In this document: positions 9,673 through 17,377 of the stretch, one piece after another
Position numbering within the stretch: position 1 is the stretch's first letter
How the letters are laid out: every line of letters starts with the position of its first letter
Assembly: GCA_964468305.1 (NCBI GenBank)
Contig: CAYXVP010000002.1
Span: 1 to 29,725, forward strand
Length of the DNA: 29,725 nt
Source: an uncultured Anaerolinea sp.
GTDB lineage: Bacteria > Chloroflexota > Limnocylindria > Limnocylindrales > CSP1-4
Direction: 5' to 3'
Translations under genes and position numbers: made by a program
The notes under the pieces: generated by a model
What the model was told of the DNA's origin: nothing
Database searches by the model: none
Seen by the model: the letters and a program-made list of their open reading frames with translations, nothing else

Positions 9673-10854
9673 CTACACGGCCTCCCGTCCGAGTATCGCC
9701 CGTCGGATCAGCGCAGCTGGTAGGAGCTCGAAGCCTTCGAGCTCGGCCTGTATCGAGTTCGCGGTCGCGCCGATGATGAGGAGCCGATCACGAAGCTGTG
9801 TGGCGATCCGACGCTGTTCAGATAGCGAGGGCACGCAGACCCGGAACGCCTTGACTGATGGCAAGTACACGGTCTTGTGTGTCGCCCCGCTCGAGAGCGA
9901 GCGCACATACGTTCGAGAGCGGATCAGTAGGTGCATTAGGAATTCGGGGTCGAGTTCGGGACCGCAGACCCAATTCACGAAATCCTGGCTCGTTGCCATT
10001 GCGCGCCCCATTCGGGTTACGAATCCGACAGATGCAGTACGAGACATCACTACCGTTTCCGCCGGCAGGATTCGGGCCGAAGAGTGTGCGATCCCGTCCG
10101 CGTTAGTAGTCTCGGCGGTCTCAAATGCGATGCGACCATCGAGAGCCCGGATGTCTGGGAGAGCGATCCAGGGAATGTCCCCACCCCACCAGTCCGATCG
10201 GTAACGGCTGGGAGTGTGACCGCTTTCGAGTCGCGCAAGGCTAGTCAATGTTGTCCACATCCAGCCGTTTGGTGGGGGCGCGGCGGTGCCTACGGTTAAT
10301 GGGTGAATGCCCCTGAACGCTTCGTGGTACGTCCGCGTGCGAAGCGCGTCCACGGCCGTCCGTCTGTCAAGAGCTGCTCGCCGAGCGGTATCGACTGCCG
10401 CGAGCTCGTCAGCCAATCGCGCGGCGATGTCGCGTTGGGCGACCAGGCTTGGGACGAAAATGAGTACCGACTCGAAAGTGCGCTTGGTGACGTGCTGCAT
10501 CGTCGCTCCGTGGACGCGGCTCCTGATCCTTGCCATCGCGTCGCGGAGCGCGTAGTAGAGATAGGTCCGATCGACTCCGACTCGCTCGCGCGCCTTGAAT
10601 ATGTGCTGGTTCAGGACGGCGGGACCACGGTTCCACACGAACGCGTCAAGCGTGGCTGACCAAGAAACCAGGAGATCCCCGTTATCGACGCGATGCTTGG
10701 CTTCGACCTGGCCTGAGTAGCGGTTAAAGGTCGCGGCTGGATTCGTGAGATTCTCGATTCGGATGATCGGGATCCCAAAGCTGGACCAGTCACTTGGCTT
10801 GAACGCACGCCCATTTTCGAAGGTTGCCACGTTGCCAAGTCGCATCTGGGTCAT
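9673..10854 (-). CDS. hsdS: Type I R-M specificity subunit
   Basis: Two target-recognition domains separated and followed by conserved VPSLVAQRDIAARL and VPSLSEQRRIATQL helices. The ATG overlaps the hsdR stop (ATGA). Confidence 0.92.
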   Translation of the reverse strand: MTQMRLGNVATFENGRAFKPSDWSSFGIPIIRIENLTNPAATFNRYSGQVEAKHRVDNGDLLVSWSATLDAFVWNRGPAVLNQHIFKARERVGVDRTYLYYALRDAMARIRSRVHGATMQHVTKRTFESVLIFVPSLVAQRDIAARLADELAAVDTARRAALDRRTAVDALRTRTYHEAFRGIHPLTVGTAAPPPNGWMWTTLTSLARLESGHTPSRYRSDWWGGDIPWIALPDIRALDGRIAFETAETTNADGIAHSSARILPAETVVMSRTASVGFVTRMGRAMATSQDFVNWVCGPELDPEFLMHLLIRSRTYVRSLSSGATHKTVYLPSVKAFRVCVPSLSEQRRIATQLRDRLLIIGATANSIQAELEGFELLPAALIRRAILGREAV

Positions 10855-13235
10855 GCTGCGAATAGCCGTCGTTTCGTCTCATATAGGATCTCGGCTGCGC
10901 TCCCAAGGAGCCTGAGGGCGCCGAGGCCACCCGCAGCAACGACATCAGGTGTCTGGAGCACGCCGGGATTCTCGAGTTCTTCAGTGCCTGCGCGGGCGAA
11001 CTGGCCGGCGAGCGCCCCAAGAGTTGCGGATGTCGGTGGCGGAAGGCTTGCTAACCACTCGGCATGCTTGTAGCTAAATGCGTCGGCTCGGGCGATCCGC
11101 GTTTTAGGATCGAGGCCGTAGCCAAGTTCGGCGAGGACGTCGAAGAGGTCGAAGTCTTCCATCTGCTCGACCTGGCGGACGAGCGGTGCCGACCGACCGC
11201 CATCAGGGAGCGAGCCGACGAGCTCGCGTCGCGCCAGCGGAGAGACCCATACTGCGCGGAAGTCATCGAGCGTCGAGGCGCGATCCAGCAGCGAGGTTGC
11301 GATCCGCTGCTTGTATTCCTCGAGAGTGATTGGCGTCGCGCGTCCATCAATGGTGGTGACAATCGCGACACCGGCGCCGCCAATGCGGACGTCGATGCCC
11401 TGCACCTGGATCGTTCGCTCCGGCGGTTCGCTTGAAGTCGGGGCATCACCCGGGTCGCGGACAATGGTCGCTCGAGTCCGGAACGCCTCGCCGAACAGCC
11501 GCGTCGCCGCGGTGTAGTCGTAGATCCGGAACATGAGCTTGCCTGTCGGCGGATCAAGTCGCGTTCCGCGCCCGACCATCTGATAGAACGCGATTGGCGA
11601 CCGCACGTACTTAAAGATCACGATGTTCTTGATCGCCGGGACGTCAACTCCTGTCGAGAGCAGATCGACAGTGGTCGCTACGAAATGGCTCCGGGACGCG
11701 CCTCGCAGATCTGCGAGATAGGTCGCACCGTGACTCGCCGCGGTGCACTTGAATGCATACGGCTCGGCCGGCTTCCGACCGTTCGTCTTGGACCAGTCGG
11801 CGTATCGATTGTTCAGCGCGATCGCGACCGCGTCCGCGTGCTGGTCCCGCGCGCAGAACACGATTGACTTCTGCTCGGGGCCGCCAGTCTCAACGAGGCG
11901 GTCGAACAGGTCGTCGACCATTGCATCGACTCGCTCGGGCAGGACGAGCTTCGCCTCGAACTGGCTAGCTTCGTAGCGCTCCCGTGTCTCGGCGACGCCA
12001 AGGACTTCGCCTGTCCTGGCGTCGGCGATTGACTGCGCCCAAACCCCGAGGTCTTCGCGATCGATTCCAGTCTCGCGCTCGGTGAACGGGCTGTCACCGA
12101 GAAACACGTCGCGGCGGACGATCTCGCATGCCGCGAGGTACCCGTCCTCGATGCCCTGACCGATGTCGTACTCGTAGACCGGCTCCCCGAAGTGTCGAAT
12201 GTTGTCGGCCGTGATAGCCGCGTCCGCCTTGGCCTCATGGGTCGCGGGGTAGTCCAGCTCGCGCGGTGTCGCGGTCAGCCCGATCTGGACAGCATTCGGG
12301 TTGCGGGTGAGGACCTTGGACCACTCGCCCCAAGCAGATCGATGGCATTCGTCGATCACGATGTGGCTGAAGTAGTCGATCGGGTAGTTGGCCACAAGGA
12401 AGCTCGCGTCCGACTCGGCTGTATCGATGTTCAGCGTCTGATACGTGGCCACGAGGACTCGGGCGTTCTTCTCGGGGTTGTGCCCGCTCGCAGCCGCAAC
12501 ATCCCCGCCAAAGGCGGCCTGAAGTGCGAGCAGGCCCTGGGCGCGGAGCTCATCGCGATCGCATAGGAACAGCGCACGCTTGAGTTGGCTGGCGTCGGCG
12601 ATCTTTCGCAGCAAGTTCACGGCGATGAAAGTCTTTCCGGAGCCGGTAGCGAGGCTGAGGAGTGCTCGCTTCTCGCCGCGAGCGAGCTTCTCGAGCACGG
12701 CACGAACTGCCGCGTCCTGGTAGTAGCGACGCGACGTCTCACCGCCTTTGTATGGGATCAGAAGCGGCTTCGCTGCCGGGGCCGTCAGGTCAATGCCGAC
12801 GGCGTCCTCATAGGCCGCCCGGAGCTCAGCCGGCGTCGGGAAGTCGGCCATAGGCCGAGGACGGGGAGTCGTCTTGGCGCTCCGCCGATCGAAGAGTGTC
12901 CACAGATGGCCGTTCGTCGCGATGACGAACGGGACGTTGAATCGCTCCGACTTCCGACCGTAATCCTTAGCCTGATCGAGGCCGTACGTTGGCGCCTTGT
13001 CCTCTGACTTCGCCTCCAAAATGGCGACGGCGACCGCCTGGGCGTCAGGTTCAGGCTTTACTCGCAGTGTGTAGTCGGTTCGGCCATGGCTCGCCCGCTG
13101 CGCACGCCCGTTGATGATTTCGACCGCGCCGAGGGTTTCTTCGCGGCGGATGAGGTCTTCGGTCCAGCCGCGAGCATGCAGGGCAGGATCAATTAGTTGG
13201 ACTCGAGTCTCTGCCTCGTTGAGCAACGCCAGCAA
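10851..13235 (-). CDS. hsdR: Type I R-M restriction subunit (compact EcoEI/EcoAI-like HsdR)
   Basis: N-terminal nuclease (EAETR...TDY...ILEAK), Q motif RYYQ, Walker A LATGSGKT, DECH, GLTATP, LLSTGVDVP and QMVGRGTRL. 794 aa. The TTG start is uncertain by a few codons. Confidence 0.93.
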   Translation of the reverse strand: MLALLNEAETRVQLIDPALHARGWTEDLIRREETLGAVEIINGRAQRASHGRTDYTLRVKPEPDAQAVAVAILEAKSEDKAPTYGLDQAKDYGRKSERFNVPFVIATNGHLWTLFDRRSAKTTPRPRPMADFPTPAELRAAYEDAVGIDLTAPAAKPLLIPYKGGETSRRYYQDAAVRAVLEKLARGEKRALLSLATGSGKTFIAVNLLRKIADASQLKRALFLCDRDELRAQGLLALQAAFGGDVAAASGHNPEKNARVLVATYQTLNIDTAESDASFLVANYPIDYFSHIVIDECHRSAWGEWSKVLTRNPNAVQIGLTATPRELDYPATHEAKADAAITADNIRHFGEPVYEYDIGQGIEDGYLAACEIVRRDVFLGDSPFTERETGIDREDLGVWAQSIADARTGEVLGVAETRERYEASQFEAKLVLPERVDAMVDDLFDRLVETGGPEQKSIVFCARDQHADAVAIALNNRYADWSKTNGRKPAEPYAFKCTAASHGATYLADLRGASRSHFVATTVDLLSTGVDVPAIKNIVIFKYVRSPIAFYQMVGRGTRLDPPTGKLMFRIYDYTAATRLFGEAFRTRATIVRDPGDAPTSSEPPERTIQVQGIDVRIGGAGVAIVTTIDGRATPITLEEYKQRIATSLLDRASTLDDFRAVWVSPLARRELVGSLPDGGRSAPLVRQVEQMEDFDLFDVLAELGYGLDPKTRIARADAFSYKHAEWLASLPPPTSATLGALAGQFARAGTEELENPGVLQTPDVVAAGGLGALRLLGSAAEILYETKRRLFAA

Positions 13236-13251
13236 CCCTGCGATCGTGCGT

Positions 13252-14325
13252 TTAGTTGTCGAGGCCGAATCGGGCGAGCACCCGCTCGCGCGTGAAGCTA
13301 TTACGCAAGGCGCAGGCCGTGTTCTGGTTCGCGAACATCCCCTTTTCCCAGACGTACTTGTCTCCCGCGAGTGTCTTCGTCCACTTCACCCGCACCACGC
13401 GCTCGCTTCGTTCCGGGTCGTCGGCGTACTCACCCATCTTTCCGGCGTGAATAGGAGCGTTGAGGATCGGGACCTCGACGCCATCAACGAGGACTGAGAA
13501 GTCCTTGACAGGGACAGACGGCGCTACGACCTCGCCTACGCCCACGTATCCCTTCTGAGGAATGCAGACGAATACCCGCTGGCCTGGCTGCAGAAGGTCC
13601 AGCGTCTGCCAGTACCACTTTCCTCCGCCGCCAGAGACGAACCCAAACTCTCGTGCGTCGTCCCAGGAGCGGTGCTCGCCCTCGCCGAACGAAACGTAGA
13701 AGTCGGTCCCGTTCCAGGTTTCCTTCTTGCCGCCTTTTCCAGTCTGTGTGTGAGCCTCGGCCTCGCTTGGCGGTATCAACCATGTCCGAGCGAGATATTC
13801 GCGACCGTCATCTATGAAATACCGAAAGAACAGGGCGTTGACCGGTACGCCGTAGTCGGCGGACAGGTAGTTCACGATCCGCTCGGTGCTGGCGTCGAGC
13901 TCTGACGCGACGATGATTAGGTGATGATCCTGGTTTAGAAGGCCTGGGATCGCGTCGTTGAATCGATCCGCGAATGCCACCTCCAGCGGAGTTGCCGCGT
14001 AGCCCTCGTGGATCGCAACGATCTGTTCATAGGTAAGGCCCTTGACCCAAGAGCCGTAGTCAAGGGCTTGGGCGACGACCTCTCGCGGCGTCTTGTCCCG
14101 CTTGAGCTCAATCGCGTATAGGGACCCCTCGCGGTCGATCGCAAGAAGGTCGATCTTCTTTCCGTACGCCGTGACGACCTGCCGGCCGATGACCATAAGA
14201 TCAAGGCCCAGCATGGAGATTTCGGCAGCAAGGAGGGATTCGAGCTTGTTCTCTGCCGGCAAGAGAGCTGGGTCTACGCGCGTCGCCGGCCCATCCAGTC
14301 GCCAAAGCGCGAACTCGATTGGCAC
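13252..14325 (-). CDS. NucS/DUF91-like PD-(D/E)xK endonuclease with probable C-terminal EVE/PUA-like domain
   Basis: IGRQV...IDLLAID...AIELKR and AQALDY nuclease motifs. C-terminal SWDDAREFGFVSGGG...LLQPGQRVFV...GYVGVGEV pattern. GAGGAG RBS. Ends 16 nt before hsdR. Confidence 0.75.
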   Translation of the reverse strand: MPIEFALWRLDGPATRVDPALLPAENKLESLLAAEISMLGLDLMVIGRQVVTAYGKKIDLLAIDREGSLYAIELKRDKTPREVVAQALDYGSWVKGLTYEQIVAIHEGYAATPLEVAFADRFNDAIPGLLNQDHHLIIVASELDASTERIVNYLSADYGVPVNALFFRYFIDDGREYLARTWLIPPSEAEAHTQTGKGGKKETWNGTDFYVSFGEGEHRSWDDAREFGFVSGGGGKWYWQTLDLLQPGQRVFVCIPQKGYVGVGEVVAPSVPVKDFSVLVDGVEVPILNAPIHAGKMGEYADDPERSERVVRVKWTKTLAGDKYVWEKGMFANQNTACALRNSFTRERVLARFGLDN

Positions 14326-14460
14326 CGCCTATCTCTCCTCCATCGACCAGACTCGCGGCATCCTACGTGCGGGGAACAAAACACGCGTCGGACCGCTCAC
14401 GTGCGTTAGGTACCAAGCGCGAGCCATGACAACAAGGTACGCGCGCCTGAGGCGGGCGGA

Positions 14461-15102
14461 CTATTCTGAGACCGTCGTTTGGCGTTCGCCGATATCGACC
14501 CAGGCGGCCTGGAGGGCTTCGTCCGCTCCCCACGCCGAGGCCGCGATCCAGGCTAGCCGCCGCTTCTGGTTGCGAGTCAGATCGTTCGCGGTCTTGTAGC
14601 CGAGGTTATGGTTGGGCTCAGCGTACGCGTGCATGAAGATAGTCCGCACCTGGAGTTCGAAGGTACTCGGCATACGCGGTTCCTCCGCCCATCCAGTTGG
14701 CCGGACTGGCGGCGATATGTGGCAGACCAAGTGGGTGCTCTCGTAGCCGAACTCCGCGTCTGCCGCTGGAACCTTGTGCTCGAGCTCCATCTTTGTGAAC
14801 GTTTCGAGTAGCAGCTCGACCACAGGCTCAATATCGTGCTTGAAGAGCACGATGACCCTGCCGCCGATCTGGTCTTCAACCTGTGCCAATGGATCTGTGT
14901 AGGCTGGCTTTGCCCCACGGTGAATGACTTTGTCGACGAAGCTATCCACATCCTTGACGCGGAAGCCTATGCGGTCAATGTGTGTTTGCGGGTACCCCGC
15001 CAGCCCCACCCTGGTGAGCTTTTCGAGCTGCTCGCCCGCCGCCTCCAGTAGAGGAATGCGCTGCAAGTAAGCCGCTCTAAGCTGCGTGGCCTCGCCTTCC
15101 AC
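14461..15102 (-). CDS. Stand-alone RelA/SpoT synthetase-domain protein (small alarmone synthetase-like nucleotidyltransferase)
   Basis: RVKDVDSFVDK, DQIGGRVI, GYESTH, ELQVRT and AEPNHNLGYK motifs. No hydrolase or TGS/ACT domains. GTG follows AAAGGAG inside the upstream gene. Confidence 0.88.
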   Translation of the reverse strand: MEGEATQLRAAYLQRIPLLEAAGEQLEKLTRVGLAGYPQTHIDRIGFRVKDVDSFVDKVIHRGAKPAYTDPLAQVEDQIGGRVIVLFKHDIEPVVELLLETFTKMELEHKVPAADAEFGYESTHLVCHISPPVRPTGWAEEPRMPSTFELQVRTIFMHAYAEPNHNLGYKTANDLTRNQKRRLAWIAASAWGADEALQAAWVDIGERQTTVSE

Positions 15103-16123
15103 TCAGACGCTCCTTTACGATCGTCCCGCGACAGCTGAGCTGATCACCCTCAACGACGACAGCCCTTGGTTGATCCGGAGTTCCTACCTCCGCCAGCGGC
15201 GACGAGACGACCACGCCCGACTCGAGCGAGAACACGCGCGTCGTCAATAGACGGTCGTAAGACGCGCGGTTGATCTCGAACCTTGCGTTCGTCATCGCCG
15301 GATCGGAGGCTTCCCTTACCCTAGCGCCGAGTTCCTCGGAGAGGAACGTATCTGCGATTTCATCGAGTGTCCAACTCGGTCGCGGCGAGTTGCGAAGGGC
15401 GAGGACGGCAATATTTAGCTGCTCGCGATCTGCAGGTGCGACGAGCAGGGCATTTACCTTCCTGATGGCGGCGGCGACGTTCTCTGTGCCCTGAATGGAG
15501 GTTACGGCCAGCGAACACTCCAGAAAACGATCGACCCAGTAGTTGGCGACATCGATCGAATTTCGGCCCGTCTGGAAATCAAGGACCTGACCATCAAGGA
15601 AGCTGCCATCGTGCGGTTGTCCCGTGAACTTCGCCGCTTTTCGCAAACGCGAAGTTTGGCTGAACACGTTCTCAAGGATCTCGACAGTTGGATGAGTGGA
15701 CGGGTCGAAACGAAGGGCATCGTCGCGCGGGAATGTCCAGAGAGTTGCTCGCCCGTCGGCGGTGGCACCATCGATACCGCCGACAACCACGAGGAGATGC
15801 GGCTGGGATCTTCCGTCCATCGCAGCCGAGAGGCGTGCCGCGAGGTATGCGGCGGCGGCGTCCTGTGCCCTGGTGATCCCAAACGCAAGCCGCATCAACT
15901 CATCGCGCGTGCGGCAGCTTCGACGACGACCGTTGTCGTCCTCGATCCACTCCACCTTGAAGACGACGTCTGTCCAGTCGCCTTGCCGCGCTCGCTCAGC
16001 GGCGATCTCTAACGCGGCACGCAATCTCGCTGATTCGTCTATCGGGCCGCCGACAATGCCCAGGTCGTGACCTGCGTCGCCGGCGCCCGGCCTGACCGCG
16101 TATGCCCAGACTCTCTCGGCCAC
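15077..16123 (-). CDS. Hypothetical protein, remote YejK/NdpA (37-kDa nucleoid-associated protein)-like
   Basis: GTG 16123 follows GGGGAGG, giving 348 aa. Segments parallel my recollection of YejK: YLAARLSAAM, DVANYWVDRFLECS, DREQLN, WTLDEIADTF, RFEINRASYDRL and DQLSCRG. The fold call is by eye. Confidence 0.6.
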   Translation of the reverse strand: MAERVWAYAVRPGAGDAGHDLGIVGGPIDESARLRAALEIAAERARQGDWTDVVFKVEWIEDDNGRRRSCRTRDELMRLAFGITRAQDAAAAYLAARLSAAMDGRSQPHLLVVVGGIDGATADGRATLWTFPRDDALRFDPSTHPTVEILENVFSQTSRLRKAAKFTGQPHDGSFLDGQVLDFQTGRNSIDVANYWVDRFLECSLAVTSIQGTENVAAAIRKVNALLVAPADREQLNIAVLALRNSPRPSWTLDEIADTFLSEELGARVREASDPAMTNARFEINRASYDRLLTTRVFSLESGVVVSSPLAEVGTPDQPRAVVVEGDQLSCRGTIVKERLSGRRGHAA

Positions 16124-16520
16124 GGTGTCCCTCCCCTGATGCTCGAGCGTACCGCATCGATTCCGCCGGGCCGTCTGAGCGCAGGACAATCGTGAAGGTC
16201 TGCCTGGTGAGCTGCGTGACGTATCGCGATGGCACCGCGCAAGCGAAGGCAACTCCGTCCGGCACCGCTCGTGAGCCGAGAACCCGGTATGTCTCCTCGA
16301 TCCGCGCTGTCGTGGCTGTACGGCTTCGAAGGTCAACGACAACTTCGATCACGAGACCGAGGTCCTCAGGCTGCACACCGCCGTAGTCATTCAGCGTTCC
16401 CAGAATGAAGCCTGCCAGTATCGACACCGCGCGCGGCGCGAGGTCAGCCAGATAGCGAGTCAGGTCCGCCAGAATCCCGCGGGCTGCGGCAACATTGATC
16501 GTTGTAGGTTCAGTCAGCAT
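15996..16520 (-). CDS. Hypothetical protein (3' end overlaps the next gene by 128 nt)
   Basis: ATG 16520 follows a GAGGGAG RBS. The first ~127 codons read like a globular protein. The tail is Arg/Gly-rich and lies off-frame inside the YejK-like gene. Confidence 0.45.
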   Translation of the reverse strand: MLTEPTTINVAAARGILADLTRYLADLAPRAVSILAGFILGTLNDYGGVQPEDLGLVIEVVVDLRSRTATTARIEETYRVLGSRAVPDGVAFACAVPSRYVTQLTRQTFTIVLRSDGPAESMRYARASGEGHRGRESLGIRGQAGRRRRRSRPGHCRRPDRRISEIACRVRDRR

Positions 16521-16679
16521 CGTCTTCTCCCTCTCGTGTGAGAGCAGATCAATACACGATGCCGTAGTGACAGCTATGGTGGCAAAAGGAGCCACGAGCT
16601 AGCTGGAAACGGCCGAGCTCGTCGGCAAATCGGCACTAGATGAGGACATTGCCAACCGACTCACCGTATTGGTTGGAGG

Positions 16680-17309
16680 TCAGTTCTCTTCCTCATCGTC
16701 GTACTCGGCCCACAGGTCCTCGAGCGCCGCGTATGCCTGGTTGAACACCTTCCATGGGCGATCCTGGTCCGGCGTTACGTTCGGCGGTACAGGCAGTGGC
16801 TCAAACCTCAGGTAAGCGCTAATGAGCGATTCGGTCGTCTGCTGCACGGCCCATGCCGTACGTGCAGGATGCGGTGCACCCATGCTGCGCGCGGCACTGC
16901 CGTTGACAAGAACGTCGCACGACTTGTCCAAGTGGTCGCGGACGAACGGGTCGTCGACCTCCAGCGCCGCTCGACGAACAGGACGAACCAACGCGGATAC
17001 GTCGTCCAGCTGCGGCTCGACGTACGTTCTCTGCGATTTGCCTTGTGCGGCCCCTCGTGCGTACCCGGCCGTCCAGCCGACTTCATCGCTGGCCTTGGCC
17101 AGGCGTTCCATCGCTTCGCGGGCCATCTCCTCGCTGCGCGTGCGACGACGCAGCGCGTCCTCGCGGCCCCAGCGCCTCTCGTCGCTTGATCGCTGGAACC
17201 TGCTTGTTAGCAGCTGTCCGACGACCACAGCAAGAATTGCCGCAAGGAAGCTGATCGCAGCCACGACGATCGGTATGACAATGGGCGTGAGGTCACCTGG
17301 CGTCGGCAT
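16680..17309 (-). CDS. Hypothetical protein with N-terminal transmembrane helix
   Basis: ATG 17309 preferred (209 aa). Hydrophobic IVIPIVVAAISFLAAILAVVVGQLL is followed by a charged helical segment and an acidic tail. TATCCT lies 8 nt upstream. Confidence 0.7.
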   Translation of the reverse strand: MPTPGDLTPIVIPIVVAAISFLAAILAVVVGQLLTSRFQRSSDERRWGREDALRRRTRSEEMAREAMERLAKASDEVGWTAGYARGAAQGKSQRTYVEPQLDDVSALVRPVRRAALEVDDPFVRDHLDKSCDVLVNGSAARSMGAPHPARTAWAVQQTTESLISAYLRFEPLPVPPNVTPDQDRPWKVFNQAYAALEDLWAEYDDEEEN

Positions 17310-17377
17310 CGTTGCGGAGGATAAGTCCGGTCCCTGTGCAGCCGCGTGCGAGTTCCCCGATCCCAACCCTCTTGACT

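Larger units (their letters stand above)
8111..17332 (-). mobile_element. Putative horizontally acquired defence island (no integrase seen)
   Basis: Visibly more A/T-rich with less GC3-biased codons than the flanks. All genes are co-oriented and include R-M and nuclease genes. Imperfect direct repeats TAAGCTCCGGTC (8111-8122) and TAAGTCCGGTC (17322-17332) sit at the edges. Boundaries are approximate. Confidence 0.6.

Noticed and set aside
9673-10854. Phase-variable or shufflon-type hsdS
   Set aside because: Only one hsdS, and I saw no invertase, flanking inverted repeats or simple-sequence tract.
16124-16342. N-terminal extension of ORF 15077-16342
   Set aside because: The extension is Arg/Ser-rich and overlaps another ORF. 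GTG 16123 has a strong RBS.
15077-17309. Calling the TM gene plus YejK-like gene a Kiwa (KwaA/KwaB) system
   Set aside because: The TM protein has only one clear helix, the genes are not adjacent, and I cannot support DUF4868 identity without a profile search.
8083-17377. Prophage, IS or ICE assignment for the island
   Set aside because: No integrase, transposase, relaxase, phage structural gene or adjacent tRNA is visible.
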